Counted from the stretch's first letter, positions 5,474 through 15,661 are shown. The stretch: 54,187 bases of DNA from a bacterium (GCA_027310625.1 DAIDAM010000009.1:1-54187), one strand, 5' to 3'. Translations and numbers: made by a program. Notes: generated by a model not told the origin, from the sequence alone.

Positions 5474-7795
5474 TTATCTTACCAAACCGAAGACCGAAAA
5501 CAAGCCGGAGAAGAATGAACTTACGGCGCCGGCGACAAATCCGAGAATTTTTCCTCCCAAAGAAGAAACATTCGCGAGCGCCGAGGTATTTTTCCCTTTT
5601 TTAGGTCCAAGGGCACCGCTCGCGGCGAGCGTGGAGGAATTCGATTCTTCGGCAAGTTTGAGGGCGGGCGTTTTAGTTTTTTCGGCGTTTTTCTTCGCGA
5701 TTACCTTCGCTTTTGAAGAACTCGCTGTTGTTGTCGAAAAAGACGGCGAAGAAATTTCGGAAATCGGCGAAGAAGAAGCAGCTGACGTTTTCGCCGACGA
5801 CGATTCATTTTGCGCGGAAATTTCCGACAATGAGGAACTCGCCGTACTCGTCGAGTTCGCGGCGGAGTAGCCGCCGGTTCCGCCGCCCGCAACAGAATTT
5901 GCCGACGAAGGTTTGGGAAATTGCTTCAAGACGGCGTACCAGGTTTTCCCGAGCACGGCCGGAATCGCGTATGACGTCGCCCAGATACGCGAATTCGTAT
6001 CGGTTGAAGTGCTTTCAATTCCCCCATCATCTGCCTGAAGGGAAAAAAGATAATCATTGGGATTTTTGTTGTTTTGAAGCCACGCTGTCGGCGAACCGTT
6101 GATTGATAAAATCGCCTGAATCGCCCAGCTGGTGGAATAACTGGAACCGAAGCCCCCGTCGGAGTTTTGATGCGAAGAAAGGTAGGACTGCGCTTTCGTC
6201 AGCGCCTCTGAAACGCCGTTCGAACCGACAAAAACCGACAGCGCCTGAATCGCGGCGGCGGTCAAGTCGACACTTCCCTCCCATGAACCGTCGCTTTTTT
6301 GTTTTCCGAGAATGAAGGAAATGATTTTTTGAATCATCTCGTCGTTTTTGGAATAGCCGGCGTTAATAAGCGGAAAGAGTGAAAAAATGTCGTCGTTCAC
6401 GAGCGATACGTCGCCGATTTGCGCGCCGTCGAATTTGTCCACTATCTTTTGGATGAAATCGGTTGAGGCGCCGTTGTAAGGATTAATTCCCAAGGCCATC
6501 AGCGCCATTGCGTGCCTTTCGTAGTCCGTCGCGGAAGAAAAACCGCTTACGTCAGCCGATTTGAGATAGGAAGATATTTTTTCTGTCGGTCCTCCGGACG
6601 CCGCGAGCGCGATTGCCGCCCAATCCGTGTAAAGAAGCTGACCGAAAGAGCCGTCGGCGAGTTGCTTAGAAAGAAGGAATTGAACCGCTTTATTGACGTC
6701 AATTGTCTGGTGGATTATCCATAATGCTCCCCCGCCGCCTCCGGTTTCGGATGAAGACGTTCCGGACGAGGCCGGAGAAACATCAACAGTCACATTCGGG
6801 AAATAACCGCTGTCTTTTATGCCGACGCTGTAGGTGCCGGTGGCGTTGAGCGCAAGTTGCGCCTGACCGCCTGAATCCGTGGTTGACGTCGCAAACTCAG
6901 TGGCGTTAAAGAAAGCGTCGAATTGAACCGCGCCGACGGTTGTTCCCGTTGCCGGAACGTAACTTCCCGACGAAGCGTCGTATTTCTGGGCGGTAACGGT
7001 GAATGATTCGCCCGTTGAAACGGAACTCTTGTCGGTTAAAACGTTCCAGGAAGAACCAAAGAAAACATAAACGACGTCGCCGTTTTGAAGATTGTAATAA
7101 TCCATGCCGAACGAAGGGAAAACGCCGTTGACCGCATAAGTCCAGTTGTAGCAGTCGGGGCTCGCCGACGCCGAGGGAACATAAACGCAGTTGACCAAAA
7201 ACGAACTGAAGGAGCTGAAATACTGGAGGTCGGTGATGTCAAATTCCGAATGCGAAACGTCAAGCGAAGACAGAATCGCAAGAACGCTTCCTTCGGCAAC
7301 GGGATAAGTAGTCGTTGAACCGGTCGGTGAAATTTCAACCGTTGACGTGCTTGAATCGGGCAGATTGGCGGTGTAAGGACCGAGGAGAACCGAGCCGTCG
7401 CGGATGTAAATTGTCGCGGTTGACGTCGGCGTTGACGATACTTCGCTCACCGTCACATCGGCGGTGCTCGAAACCGCACTTGTGCTGTCGTCTGCGAAAA
7501 TGCTTACCGTTGAGGTTCCCGCAGAAACCGCCGTCAAAAGGCCGTTCGAATCTAGCGTTGCGACAGAAGTGTCGTCGGATGACCAGGTAATTGTCGTCGT
7601 GGCGGAGTAAGCCGCGCCGTTTTCATCAAAAAGCGAAGCGGTGAACTGCGTTGTGGAACCGACCGTGAGTGAAACCGATGACGGGTTAATTGAAACCGAC
7701 GTCAATGTTTGCGCAAAGGCAACCGCCGCGGTCAGCGCGAATGCGGCCACTGAAAATACTACTGTTTGCTTTTTGATTTTGTTCATGATTTTCAT
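5474..7795 (-). CDS. Secreted protein: signal peptide, Ig-like (Big_2) domain, DUF4430-like domain, alpha/alpha-barrel (prenyltransferase/squalene-cyclase-like repeats), Ser-rich tail
   Basis: Ig-like SVSLTVGSTTQFTA...ITWSSDDTSVATLDSNGLLTAVSAGT; DUF4430-like WTYAVNG...YNLQNGDVV; repeated FLLSKQLADGSFG / FILGKQKSDGSWE / YLSSHQNSDGGFG / YLFSLQADDGGIE. Confidence 0.85.
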   Translation of the reverse strand: MKIMNKIKKQTVVFSVAAFALTAAVAFAQTLTSVSINPSSVSLTVGSTTQFTASLFDENGAAYSATTTITWSSDDTSVATLDSNGLLTAVSAGTSTVSIFADDSTSAVSSTADVTVSEVSSTPTSTATIYIRDGSVLLGPYTANLPDSSTSTVEISPTGSTTTYPVAEGSVLAILSSLDVSHSEFDITDLQYFSSFSSFLVNCVYVPSASASPDCYNWTYAVNGVFPSFGMDYYNLQNGDVVYVFFGSSWNVLTDKSSVSTGESFTVTAQKYDASSGSYVPATGTTVGAVQFDAFFNATEFATSTTDSGGQAQLALNATGTYSVGIKDSGYFPNVTVDVSPASSGTSSSETGGGGGALWIIHQTIDVNKAVQFLLSKQLADGSFGQLLYTDWAAIALAASGGPTEKISSYLKSADVSGFSSATDYERHAMALMALGINPYNGASTDFIQKIVDKFDGAQIGDVSLVNDDIFSLFPLINAGYSKNDEMIQKIISFILGKQKSDGSWEGSVDLTAAAIQALSVFVGSNGVSEALTKAQSYLSSHQNSDGGFGSSYSTSWAIQAILSINGSPTAWLQNNKNPNDYLFSLQADDGGIESTSTDTNSRIWATSYAIPAVLGKTWYAVLKQFPKPSSANSVAGGGTGGYSAANSTSTASSSLSEISAQNESSSAKTSAASSSPISEISSPSFSTTTASSSKAKVIAKKNAEKTKTPALKLAEESNSSTLAASGALGPKKGKNTSALANVSSLGGKILGFVAGAVSSFFSGLFSVFGLVR

Positions 7796-8346
7796 TGTTT
7801 TTCATATTTCCATTCGACCTCATCCTTGTCCCGAAGCGCGTACTGCGACGCTCCGATGTTGGAATATTTTCCGTTCACGTAAAGCGTCCAGTAATAGCCG
7901 TTCTGATTCGGCTTGCCGTTGATTTCCTCGATGAAATATCCGAGGCCGGAAAAATATTCGCCTTTGAATCTGAAATCTGTCGTCGAGGCAAGCGCTGTCA
8001 TCGCGTCGTAGGCCGTCGAACTTGCGGGAACGTTCGCGGAATAACGCGAATCGCCAGCGACCAAATCTATTTTTATTATTCCCGTTTCGGAAGAAACACT
8101 CGAAGATGCCTGAGGCGCAACCGCTTCTTTATTCGCGGCGTCATCGGCGTAACTCGCCGGAAGCGCGGCGACCGTTTTTGCGGCGGAAGGTTTTTCGTTC
8201 GCGGATATTTTCCCGGCTTCCGTTGTCGCCGTTTCCGCCGGAGAATTTTTAAAACCGACGGGAACACGGCTCTCCGAAAAAGCGAGGAAGAAAACAATAA
8301 GCGCAACCGCGCCCGCCGCCGAAATGTAAATTATTTTTTTATTCAT
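7792..8346 (-). CDS. Membrane-anchored DUF4430 (transcobalamin C-terminal-like) domain protein
   Basis: N-terminal TM after MNKKII; TAYDAM...GLGYFIEEING...YYWTLYVNGKYSNIGASQYALRDKDEVEWKY; ATGA overlap with the next gene. Start reassigned to the ATG at 8346. Confidence 0.85.
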   Translation of the reverse strand: MNKKIIYISAAGAVALIVFFLAFSESRVPVGFKNSPAETATTEAGKISANEKPSAAKTVAALPASYADDAANKEAVAPQASSSVSSETGIIKIDLVAGDSRYSANVPASSTAYDAMTALASTTDFRFKGEYFSGLGYFIEEINGKPNQNGYYWTLYVNGKYSNIGASQYALRDKDEVEWKYEKQ

Positions 8347-8347
8347 A

Positions 8348-8477
8348 CCCCGTAGGAAATCAAATATTTTTTTCAACTTATGAAAAGACCTTTGAACTCC
8401 TGGAAATGTATTCATGATTGCATAACTTAGATTCATTTCAAAAATATTCGACTATTTTTTCGCTGTTTCCTGCGGGG
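8348..8477. mobile_element. 130-bp MITE-like element (TIR CCCCGTAGGAAA) at the DUF4430 start codon
   Basis: CCCCGTAGGAAA at 8348-8359 and TTTCCTGCGGGG at 8466-8477, with an ATG beside each end on the gene strand. Confidence 0.65.
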
Positions 8478-8488
8478 CATAAGCCCTT

Positions 8489-8518
8489 AAAAACAAAAAA
8501 TCCCGCCGCGAGCGGAAG
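8489..8518 (-). terminator. Intrinsic terminator of the riboswitch expression platform
   Basis: Minus strand TTCCGC-TCGCG-GCGGGA-TTTTTTGTTTTT. Upstream GAGCAGGAAGT can pair with ACTTCCGCTC as an antiterminator. Confidence 0.7.
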
Positions 8519-8585
8519 TTATTTTGTATCGATGCGCCTGCGCGCACTTCCTGCTCGGGAACGCAAACTTCATTTGGAAGTTTGG

Positions 8586-8709
8586 GCTATTTGACGTCCG
8601 GACTCGTTCCTCGGATTTCTCCGGGACTTTACCGTTGCGGCACAGTGGAGGAATTTAACCTCTCTTCCTGTCCATATTTGGACCCGGGTTTTACAACCCG
8701 GCAAATAGC
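8586..8709 (-). promoter_or_regulatory. Cobalamin riboswitch (compact form)
   Basis: Minus strand: closing helix GCTATTTG/CAAATAGC, GGAA-GAGAGGTTAAATTCCTC, ACTGTGCCGCAACGGTAA and B12-box-like GAGTCCGGAC. It lies upstream of transcobalamin-like genes. Confidence 0.8.
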
Positions 8710-8769
8710 ACTAAGCGCAATTTAATATGCGGAGCAAAATGTTGTCAACGGAGGGGTTGTGGAAAACTT

Positions 8770-9201
8770 TCAGAACAAATTTCTGAACCACTTTCCGCGC
8801 TCCGTTTTGGCGGAGTAATAAAGCGCTATAACGAAAAGAAAGGCGATGAGCTGGTTTGTCCAAAAATACCAAATTTCCGTGGAGTAAAACCCGTAAGCCG
8901 ACAACGCCTCCGATTCAAAAAAGTATATTCCGTAAATGGAAATCGCCATATCCATTATTCCTACCCATCTGTGATCGGGATTGGTAAAGCCGGCAACAAT
9001 CAGAAGAAGCGTCATCGCTACCACGTAGTAAAAAGCAGGAATATGGATAAAATCCCTGAAAAACGGGAGGGTGATTATCGTAATGGCGGCAACGGCGACA
9101 AAAAGCTTTCTGACGCTGTCGCCGTAGTAATGAGCGAGACGGGGAGGTCTCCTTTTCATTTCCGACCCGCGGTCCGCGTCGGAAATATCTCCGTTTGCCA
9201 T
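8770..9201 (-). CDS. Hypothetical 4-TM membrane protein
   Basis: 143-aa ORF with four hydrophobic helices. Confidence 0.75.
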   Translation of the reverse strand: MANGDISDADRGSEMKRRPPRLAHYYGDSVRKLFVAVAAITIITLPFFRDFIHIPAFYYVVAMTLLLIVAGFTNPDHRWVGIMDMAISIYGIYFFESEALSAYGFYSTEIWYFWTNQLIAFLFVIALYYSAKTERGKWFRNLF

Positions 9202-9482
9202 GAATCAATTATAGCAGGTAGTGAAAATTCGACAATTACAATTCCACACAAAAGAGATGTACAAATAGCACGATGTTTATATAAACAGTTTTGGCTAAAA
9301 ACGATAAATAAAATCAAGTCGAATTTCCCGGTCTGAGGCAGGCAGGTACTACTTGGTGTATCACGTTTGCAAAAATTTGCCTTAACTGGTATTTTTTGGG
9401 CGTCAAGCCGGAATATCCTCCCGGCAAGGACTAGCAAATTGGCAAGTAAAAACCCCTGAATGAAACATACTGAGAGGTGCTT

Positions 9483-10802
9483 ATGAGCAGAAAGATTCTC
9501 GTAGTCGGCAATGGTGCACGCGAACACGCGCTCGTTTGGGCGCTGACTAAAAACAGCGGCAATGAAGTGCACTGCGCACCCGGCAACGGCGGCATCTGCG
9601 AGGTAGCCGTTTGTCATCGGGAAGTAAAAGCAAATTACTTCCCGGCAATTCTCGCGCTCTGCAAAAAGCTCGGCGTCGACCTCGTGGTCGTTGGCCCAGA
9701 GGAACCGCTGGTGAACGGAGTGACAGATTTCTTGTCTGCCAACGGCGTCGCGGTTTTCGGCCCCACGAAGGCAGCGGCACGCCTCGAAGGCAGCAAGGTT
9801 TCCGCCAAGCAGTTCATGGAACGCAGCCTTATCCCGACACCGGAATGGTGCTACTTCCGTAGCTTCCGAAGGGCGGCGGCATACATCCGCGGCCACAAAG
9901 GGCAGTTGGTGGTCAAAGCCGACGGGCTCTGTGGAGGGAAAGGCGTCACGGTCGAAAAGGAAATTGGCGACAAAAAGAAAAGTAAGGAAGCGCTCGTGGC
10001 GGCGGCAAAAGAACTGATGGTCGGCAAAAGATTCGGCGCCGCAGGAGAATCCATCGTCGTCGAAGAAAAACTCGTGGGTAAAGAATGTTCTTTCGTCGTC
10101 CAAACCGACGGCACTAATGTCATGCCGCTTAAACCGGCAACCGACTACAAGCGCCGTTACGACGGAGACGATGGGCCGAACACCGGTGGCATGGGCTGCT
10201 ATGCTCCGGTGCCGAGGTTCACGCCGGACATCGAGGAAGAAGTGATGGAACGCATCGTCATGCCGACCATCCGCGGAATGGCTGCGGAGGGTAACACCTA
10301 TCGCGGCTTCCTTTACTTCGGCTTGATGTTGACGAGGAAGGGTCCGTTCGTTCTCGAGTACAACGTGAGACCGGGCGACCCGGAAACATCCGTGCAGCTG
10401 CCGTTACTGAAGTCGGACCTGTCGGAACTGCTTTTTGCAGGCGTCAACGGCGGACTTGCCGGCGTCAAAGCGGAGTTGTCCGACGAAGCCGCGGTTTGCG
10501 TGGTTGTCGTTACCGAAAACTACCCGGACAAAGGAGGAAGCTCCGGCGAACACATCACGGGTATTGACTACGCAAAGGAATGCGGCGCGCTTGTCTTCCA
10601 CGCCGGCACGGCAAAAACACCGCTGGGCAGCACGGTAACAGCCGGCGGGCGCATCTTCAATGTCGTCGGCGTCGGCGACAACTTCTCCGATGCTCGCGAT
10701 GTCGCTTACCGGGGCACAATGAAAATCAAATTCGGAACGAGCGACTACCGACGGGATATAGCTCTCGAACCTGCGTTCAGTCCCCCCTGGGGAACGCGCT
10801 AA
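9483..10802 (+). CDS. purD: Phosphoribosylamine--glycine ligase
   Basis: [69 protein letters not shown] and VFHAGT. Confidence 0.96.
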   Translation: MSRKILVVGNGAREHALVWALTKNSGNEVHCAPGNGGICEVAVCHREVKANYFPAILALCKKLGVDLVVVGPEEPLVNGVTDFLSANGVAVFGPTKAAARLEGSKVSAKQFMERSLIPTPEWCYFRSFRRAAAYIRGHKGQLVVKADGLCGGKGVTVEKEIGDKKKSKEALVAAAKELMVGKRFGAAGESIVVEEKLVGKECSFVVQTDGTNVMPLKPATDYKRRYDGDDGPNTGGMGCYAPVPRFTPDIEEEVMERIVMPTIRGMAAEGNTYRGFLYFGLMLTRKGPFVLEYNVRPGDPETSVQLPLLKSDLSELLFAGVNGGLAGVKAELSDEAAVCVVVVTENYPDKGGSSGEHITGIDYAKECGALVFHAGTAKTPLGSTVTAGGRIFNVVGVGDNFSDARDVAYRGTMKIKFGTSDYRRDIALEPAFSPPWGTR

Positions 10803-10840
10803 GTTCCGGCGAGTATTCGTTTCGGTTCAACAATTCGGCG

Positions 10841-10868
10841 GCGGGGCTTTCACGGCCCCGCTTTTTTT
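10841..10868 (+). terminator. Intrinsic terminator after purD
   Basis: GCGGGGC-TTTCACG-GCCCCGC followed by T7. Confidence 0.8.
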
Positions 10869-10875
10869 CGTTTAA

Positions 10876-11853
10876 CTAATAATTGTATTCCGCTACGAGC
10901 AAACTCTGTCTGTCAAAAAGAAGCAGGCGGTCGTGCTGATAGTCCAAAAACTGGCTTCCTGTCCAGGCCGTCCAGCGATTGTTGAAAAAGTCATAATCGT
11001 TCCTGTGCTTGGAGAAACAGCCGCCGTAATTAATTTTGTTCAAATATGCCTGACAAGCATAGTCGTTGAAAGGAACGGGTGGATTCGGCGCGGGCATCTG
11101 ACAGGAGTTGAGCGACAGAATGTAGTTCTGGCACTGGCCGGTGAAATTTATTATTTCCGAGCGGTTCACGACGGGGCAGTTGAGCGGCAGGGGCGGAATG
11201 AAAACGTTCGCGTTGGAAAGATATCCGATGCATTTGTTGAGGTGAAGATTGACCCCGATTCCGCTGTACGTTGAATAAATATCAAGCGTGTCGCCGTTTT
11301 TGAGATAAATGTCGGTTTGGGGGGTGAGGCCGCTCGGGTCATAAAGGTCCACGGCTTGAGGAACATATTGACTTCCCCTGTTTCCCCGGAGGAGCCAGCC
11401 GGTGACGTTAAGCGAGCCGCCGGATGTCGGGAGATTAACATTGAGTGTTATCCTGCTGTAATAGCCAGGAGACCCCGGCGAAGCGGAAAGGCGTATCAAA
11501 CCGAAGTAAGGCGATATGTCGCGGATGGAAAATCCCGAAGGAATGTCCGAAGGATTAATGTTCAGGCGGCCGTAGTAGTTCGGAACCACAGGATAAGAAG
11601 CGTCGGTCCGTTGCGGCGTGTAGCCGCTGGGTGATGCGCTCGGAGAATAATTTGTCTTGGTGGAAACCTGTTGCGGCGCCTGAATGGTCGAGCCCGTGCC
11701 CGATTGCGTTCCCGTGTAGCTCGGAGCGTTTCTTTGGGTCGAGGTAACGCCGAGTCCGAGGTTGAAATTCTGGGGCAGTCCGCCTTGAATCATCGCGTAA
11801 GCGGCGATGACGATAATGACAATAACGAAAAAGATGAATCCTATGTGCTGCAT
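10876..11853 (-). CDS. Hypothetical membrane-anchored exported protein with a Cys-rich C-terminal domain
   Basis: N-terminal TM, S/T/P-rich linker and six Cys in the C-terminal half. Confidence 0.8.
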   Translation of the reverse strand: MQHIGFIFFVIVIIVIAAYAMIQGGLPQNFNLGLGVTSTQRNAPSYTGTQSGTGSTIQAPQQVSTKTNYSPSASPSGYTPQRTDASYPVVPNYYGRLNINPSDIPSGFSIRDISPYFGLIRLSASPGSPGYYSRITLNVNLPTSGGSLNVTGWLLRGNRGSQYVPQAVDLYDPSGLTPQTDIYLKNGDTLDIYSTYSGIGVNLHLNKCIGYLSNANVFIPPLPLNCPVVNRSEIINFTGQCQNYILSLNSCQMPAPNPPVPFNDYACQAYLNKINYGGCFSKHRNDYDFFNNRWTAWTGSQFLDYQHDRLLLFDRQSLLVAEYNY

Positions 11854-12090
11854 CCCCGTAGGAAATTAAGTATTTTCTATCAATATCTGGGGCGACCTTG
11901 CAATGTTTGAAGGCAATTTCATGTATACATCAACTTGATTTCAGCTCGAAAATACTAATTTTCTCGCCCCGTACGAAGTCAGTTAGTAAAGTCGGTTTAG
12001 CGTAATTCATGATACTTATTGAAAAAACATTATTCGCCAAGCATTATCCTTTTGTCTGATTTCGTACGGGGCTCGCAGTTTCCTACGGGG
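11854..12090. mobile_element. Nested MITE-like elements: outer TIR CCCCGTAGGAAA, inner element 11966-12072 with TIR GCCCCGTACGAARTCAG
   Basis: Outer TIRs at 11854-11865 and 12079-12090; inner TIRs at 11966-11982 and 12056-12072. Outer minus inner is 130 bp, the same size as the 8348 copy. Confidence 0.7.
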
Positions 12091-12094
12091 CATG

Positions 12095-15000
12095 CTAGAT
12101 GACTATGTTTACTAGGCGGTTCGGCACATAAATGACTTTTTTGACGGCGCCGGGCTTGACGATATTTTTAATCTTTTCGCTCCCGAGAGCAAGTTTTTCG
12201 GCTTCGGTTTTGCTTATGCCGGCGGGCGCTTCAACGGTGTCGCGCACTTTGCCGTTCACCTGAATAACGAGCGTGAATGTTTCGCTTTTTATCAGTTTTT
12301 CGTCGTAAGACGGCCAATTTTCCAAATGAATACTCCTAAACGCTGATTTGCGCTGATTTCTATCGGCGCGGATCTGCACGGATGTATCTGCGTTTATCTT
12401 CGTTCTTTGCCACAATTCTTCTGCAAGATACGGCGCGAAAGGAGCGAGAATTTTCAAAAACATTTCCCGAAGCTCCCTGGAAAGTTTTTCACCCTCTATT
12501 TCGTTCATGCAAATCATCAGAGCGGAAACGGCGGTGTTGAATTTTACTGACCGGATGTCTTCACCGACTTTTTTAACGGCGCGGTGAATGACCTGTTCCG
12601 TTTTGCCTGAACTTTTTTCTGCGGCGGGCTCACAGAATTTTTTGTAAACCCGCTCCAGAAAGCGGCTGATGCCGAGGATGCCCTGGGAATTCCAACTGAC
12701 CGTGGCCTCATGGGGACCGAGAAAAAGTTCGTACATCCTCAAACAATCGGCGCCGAATTTTTTAATTACGGAATCCGGGCTGACGACATTGCCGCGGCTC
12801 TTGGACATTTTTTCGTTGTCCGGACCAAGAATGATTCCGTGCGGGATTCTTCTTGTGTAGGGCTCGGGAGACGGCACGAGTTTTTTATCGTGAAGGAACA
12901 AGTGCCAAAAACGCGAATAAAGAAGATGAAGCGTGGTGTGCTCCAAGCCGCCGAAATAAACATCCACCGGCAGCCAGCGCTTCATAAGTTTTTGGCCGGA
13001 GAATTCTTTTTTGTTGTTCGGGTCGCAGTAGCGGAGATAATACCAGGAACTTCCCGCCCACTGCGGCATTGTGTTTGTTTCACGCTTTGCCGCGCCGCCG
13101 CATTTCGGGCATTTGACGCTGACCCAGGATTTTATCGCGGCAAGCGGCGATTCTCCCGTGCCGGTCGGCTTGTATTTTTTCACCGGCGGCAATTTAACGG
13201 GAAGATTCTCTTCGGAAACCGCAATCCATCCAGGATTTTCAATTTCTCCTTTGGAGAACGCTGACTCACGCTGACTTGACGCTGACTTACGCGGAAACTT
13301 TTCTGCGCTATTCTGCGTGTAGTCCGCGCGATTCTGCGCTCGTTTTTTGCATGTCTCGCAAAAAACAAGCGGAATCGGCTCGCCCCAATAGCGTTGCCGT
13401 GAAAAAACCCAGTCGCGCAGGCGGTATTGCGTTTTTCTTTTCCCGCCGACGAATTTCGTTATTTCCCATTTCGCTTTTTCGGACGGCATTCCGTCGAATT
13501 TATCGGAATTTATAAGCAAGCCGTCGCCCGTATAGACGTATTCGCCGCGCTTTAAAAACTCAATCATAAAATCAAGTTCTGAAACCGGCGTAAATTTATG
13601 AATATCTTTGAGCGGAAGCCACTCCACATCATAATTCGCACGCTCTTCAGAAGAAACCGCGCCTCTTTTTTCATCAACCAACTCAAAGAAAAGAAAATCG
13701 CAAAGCGTTAAGCGATTCACGCTTTTGTGGGCCGCATAAAATTCCGCAAACACCTTAAACGGCAAACGTTTCACAAATCGGAAGTTTTTATATCCTGTTT
13801 CCTCTTTTATTTCCCGCGCCGCGGCGGCAATCGCGCTTTCTCCTTTCTCTATCCCCCCAGTTATCGGCGTAAGCCAGGGAAACTTTCGATGGCGGAGCGC
13901 TATAACTTTGTCCTCCGTCGGATGTTTCAATAAAACATGCACAACGTTGCGTTTTGTGTTCTCCTTGCCCTTTTGCGGCATATGTTCTTTATCAATTAAA
14001 TGCGGGGCAATCACTTGTTGCACGGGCAGTTTATATTTTTTCGCAAACTCGAAGTCGCGTTCATCGTGCGCCGGCACGGCCATAATCGCTCCCGTGCCGT
14101 AACCGGTCAGAACGTAATCGGCAATCCAAACCGGAATTTCTTTTCCGTTAGCCGGATTGATTGCTTTGATTCCTTTCAACTCCACGCCGGTTTTCTCTTT
14201 TCCCTCGGCGATTCGCTCTTCGTCTGACTTTTTCACTGCCTTCTTAAGGTATAATTCAACTTCTTTCGAGTTTATGATTCGTGATTTCAGGTTCGAGATT
14301 AACTGGTGTTCGGGAGCTAAAACCATGTATGTCGCTCCGAAAAGCGTGTCGGGGCGTGTCGTGAAAACTTTTATTAACGGCGAAAGTTTTTCTAAAACCG
14401 CCGGTTCACGTTTGCCGCTTAAATGCGGCTCTTTGCCTGCTACCGTATTGAGAGGAACTTTTAATTTTTTTGAAAAAGTTTCACCGTCGGAAAGCGGCAC
14501 AACATAATCGGTTGTGTCGTAAAGCAAATCAAAACTTGTTTTCCCGGCTAAAATTTTTTTGAAGTTGAATCCTTTCCTGCAGGCCCGAGTAACCGATGCT
14601 CTAACCTTATTGTCCAAAAATTTTCCGAAAAATGGCGTACAGAGCAAAACTACTTTTTGAGCTTTAATCCCTTTCTCCAATAGACGCAAAGCAACGATAC
14701 CGCCAAACGAATGGCCGACTATAACCGTATTCTTATCAAGTTTGCATTTCTTCAAAACAAATTGTGTTTGTTCTTCATCGTCCGGTTCATCGGTATTAGG
14801 CAAAAACGGCGCCTGAACTTTGTAACCCTTCTTTTCTAATTCTGATTTCAACCAAGGAAATAAGTGGCTTTTTGGCGAGCCATTGCGCCCGTGCAAAATA
14901 AGAAAGTTTGGCTTTTCCTTTGTTTTCACCTCAAAATCAATTTCCACTCCTTCCGATTTTCCTATCCAGTTCTCCTGCTGGATTTTTATTTTTTCCGGCC

Positions 15001-15628
15001 AGTCGAGTTTTTTTAAGCCGTTCAAAAGTTTTTCCGCGTAAGCGGTGATTTTGAGATACCATTGGCGCATCTCCTTTTTCTCAACCTTCGCGCCGCAGCG
15101 TTCGCAACAGCCGTTAATGACTTCTTCATTGGCAAGTCCGGTTTTGTCCTTCGGACACCAGTTAATCATCCCCTTCGCCTCGTACGCCAAGCCGGCTTTG
15201 AAAAGTTGGAGGAAAATCCACTGCGTCCATTTGTAGTAATTCGGGTCGGTTGTATTAATCTCCCGCGACCAGTCAAAACCAATGCCCCAGCTCCGCAGCT
15301 GTTTTTTGGCATTGGCGATGTTTTTGGCTGTGGAAATGGAAGGATGAACGCCGTGTTTAATGGCGTAATTTTCCGCCGGCAAGCCGAAAGCGTCCCAGCC
15401 GATGGGATACATCACCTCCGAGCCGTTCATCTTGAGAAAGCGGCTGTAAACATCGCCGGCGGTATAAGGACGGAGATGCCCCATATGCAGCCCTTCGCCC
15501 GAAGGATAAGGAAATTCAATCAGAATGTATTTTTTCTTTCTGCGCGATTTGTCGTCGGCGAAATAAGTCCGCTTCTCTTCCCAAAACTTCTGCCACTTCT
15601 TTTCGATTTTCTTGAAGTCGTATTTCAT
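12095..15628 (-). CDS. leuS: Leucine--tRNA ligase with inserted alpha/beta-hydrolase and NUDIX domains
   Basis: FPYPSGEGLHMGH, FTTRPDT, GTGAIMAVPAHDERD, DWVFSRQRYWGEPIP and KMSKS. Start reassigned to MKYDF. Confidence 0.96.
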   Translation of the reverse strand: MKYDFKKIEKKWQKFWEEKRTYFADDKSRRKKKYILIEFPYPSGEGLHMGHLRPYTAGDVYSRFLKMNGSEVMYPIGWDAFGLPAENYAIKHGVHPSISTAKNIANAKKQLRSWGIGFDWSREINTTDPNYYKWTQWIFLQLFKAGLAYEAKGMINWCPKDKTGLANEEVINGCCERCGAKVEKKEMRQWYLKITAYAEKLLNGLKKLDWPEKIKIQQENWIGKSEGVEIDFEVKTKEKPNFLILHGRNGSPKSHLFPWLKSELEKKGYKVQAPFLPNTDEPDDEEQTQFVLKKCKLDKNTVIVGHSFGGIVALRLLEKGIKAQKVVLLCTPFFGKFLDNKVRASVTRACRKGFNFKKILAGKTSFDLLYDTTDYVVPLSDGETFSKKLKVPLNTVAGKEPHLSGKREPAVLEKLSPLIKVFTTRPDTLFGATYMVLAPEHQLISNLKSRIINSKEVELYLKKAVKKSDEERIAEGKEKTGVELKGIKAINPANGKEIPVWIADYVLTGYGTGAIMAVPAHDERDFEFAKKYKLPVQQVIAPHLIDKEHMPQKGKENTKRNVVHVLLKHPTEDKVIALRHRKFPWLTPITGGIEKGESAIAAAAREIKEETGYKNFRFVKRLPFKVFAEFYAAHKSVNRLTLCDFLFFELVDEKRGAVSSEERANYDVEWLPLKDIHKFTPVSELDFMIEFLKRGEYVYTGDGLLINSDKFDGMPSEKAKWEITKFVGGKRKTQYRLRDWVFSRQRYWGEPIPLVFCETCKKRAQNRADYTQNSAEKFPRKSASSQRESAFSKGEIENPGWIAVSEENLPVKLPPVKKYKPTGTGESPLAAIKSWVSVKCPKCGGAAKRETNTMPQWAGSSWYYLRYCDPNNKKEFSGQKLMKRWLPVDVYFGGLEHTTLHLLYSRFWHLFLHDKKLVPSPEPYTRRIPHGIILGPDNEKMSKSRGNVVSPDSVIKKFGADCLRMYELFLGPHEATVSWNSQGILGISRFLERVYKKFCEPAAEKSSGKTEQVIHRAVKKVGEDIRSVKFNTAVSALMICMNEIEGEKLSRELREMFLKILAPFAPYLAEELWQRTKINADTSVQIRADRNQRKSAFRSIHLENWPSYDEKLIKSETFTLVIQVNGKVRDTVEAPAGISKTEAEKLALGSEKIKNIVKPGAVKKVIYVPNRLVNIVI

Positions 15629-15661
15629 CGAGAAGTCAATGGAAACATCATAATCCAAAGA

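Noticed and set aside
9320-9480. ZTP or purine riboswitch upstream of purD
   Set aside because: Some pairing potential, but the consensus motifs could not be matched by eye.
13545-14925. Inteins in leuS
   Set aside because: No Cys/Ser start with His-Asn end and no homing endonuclease motifs; the inserts look like hydrolase and NUDIX domains.
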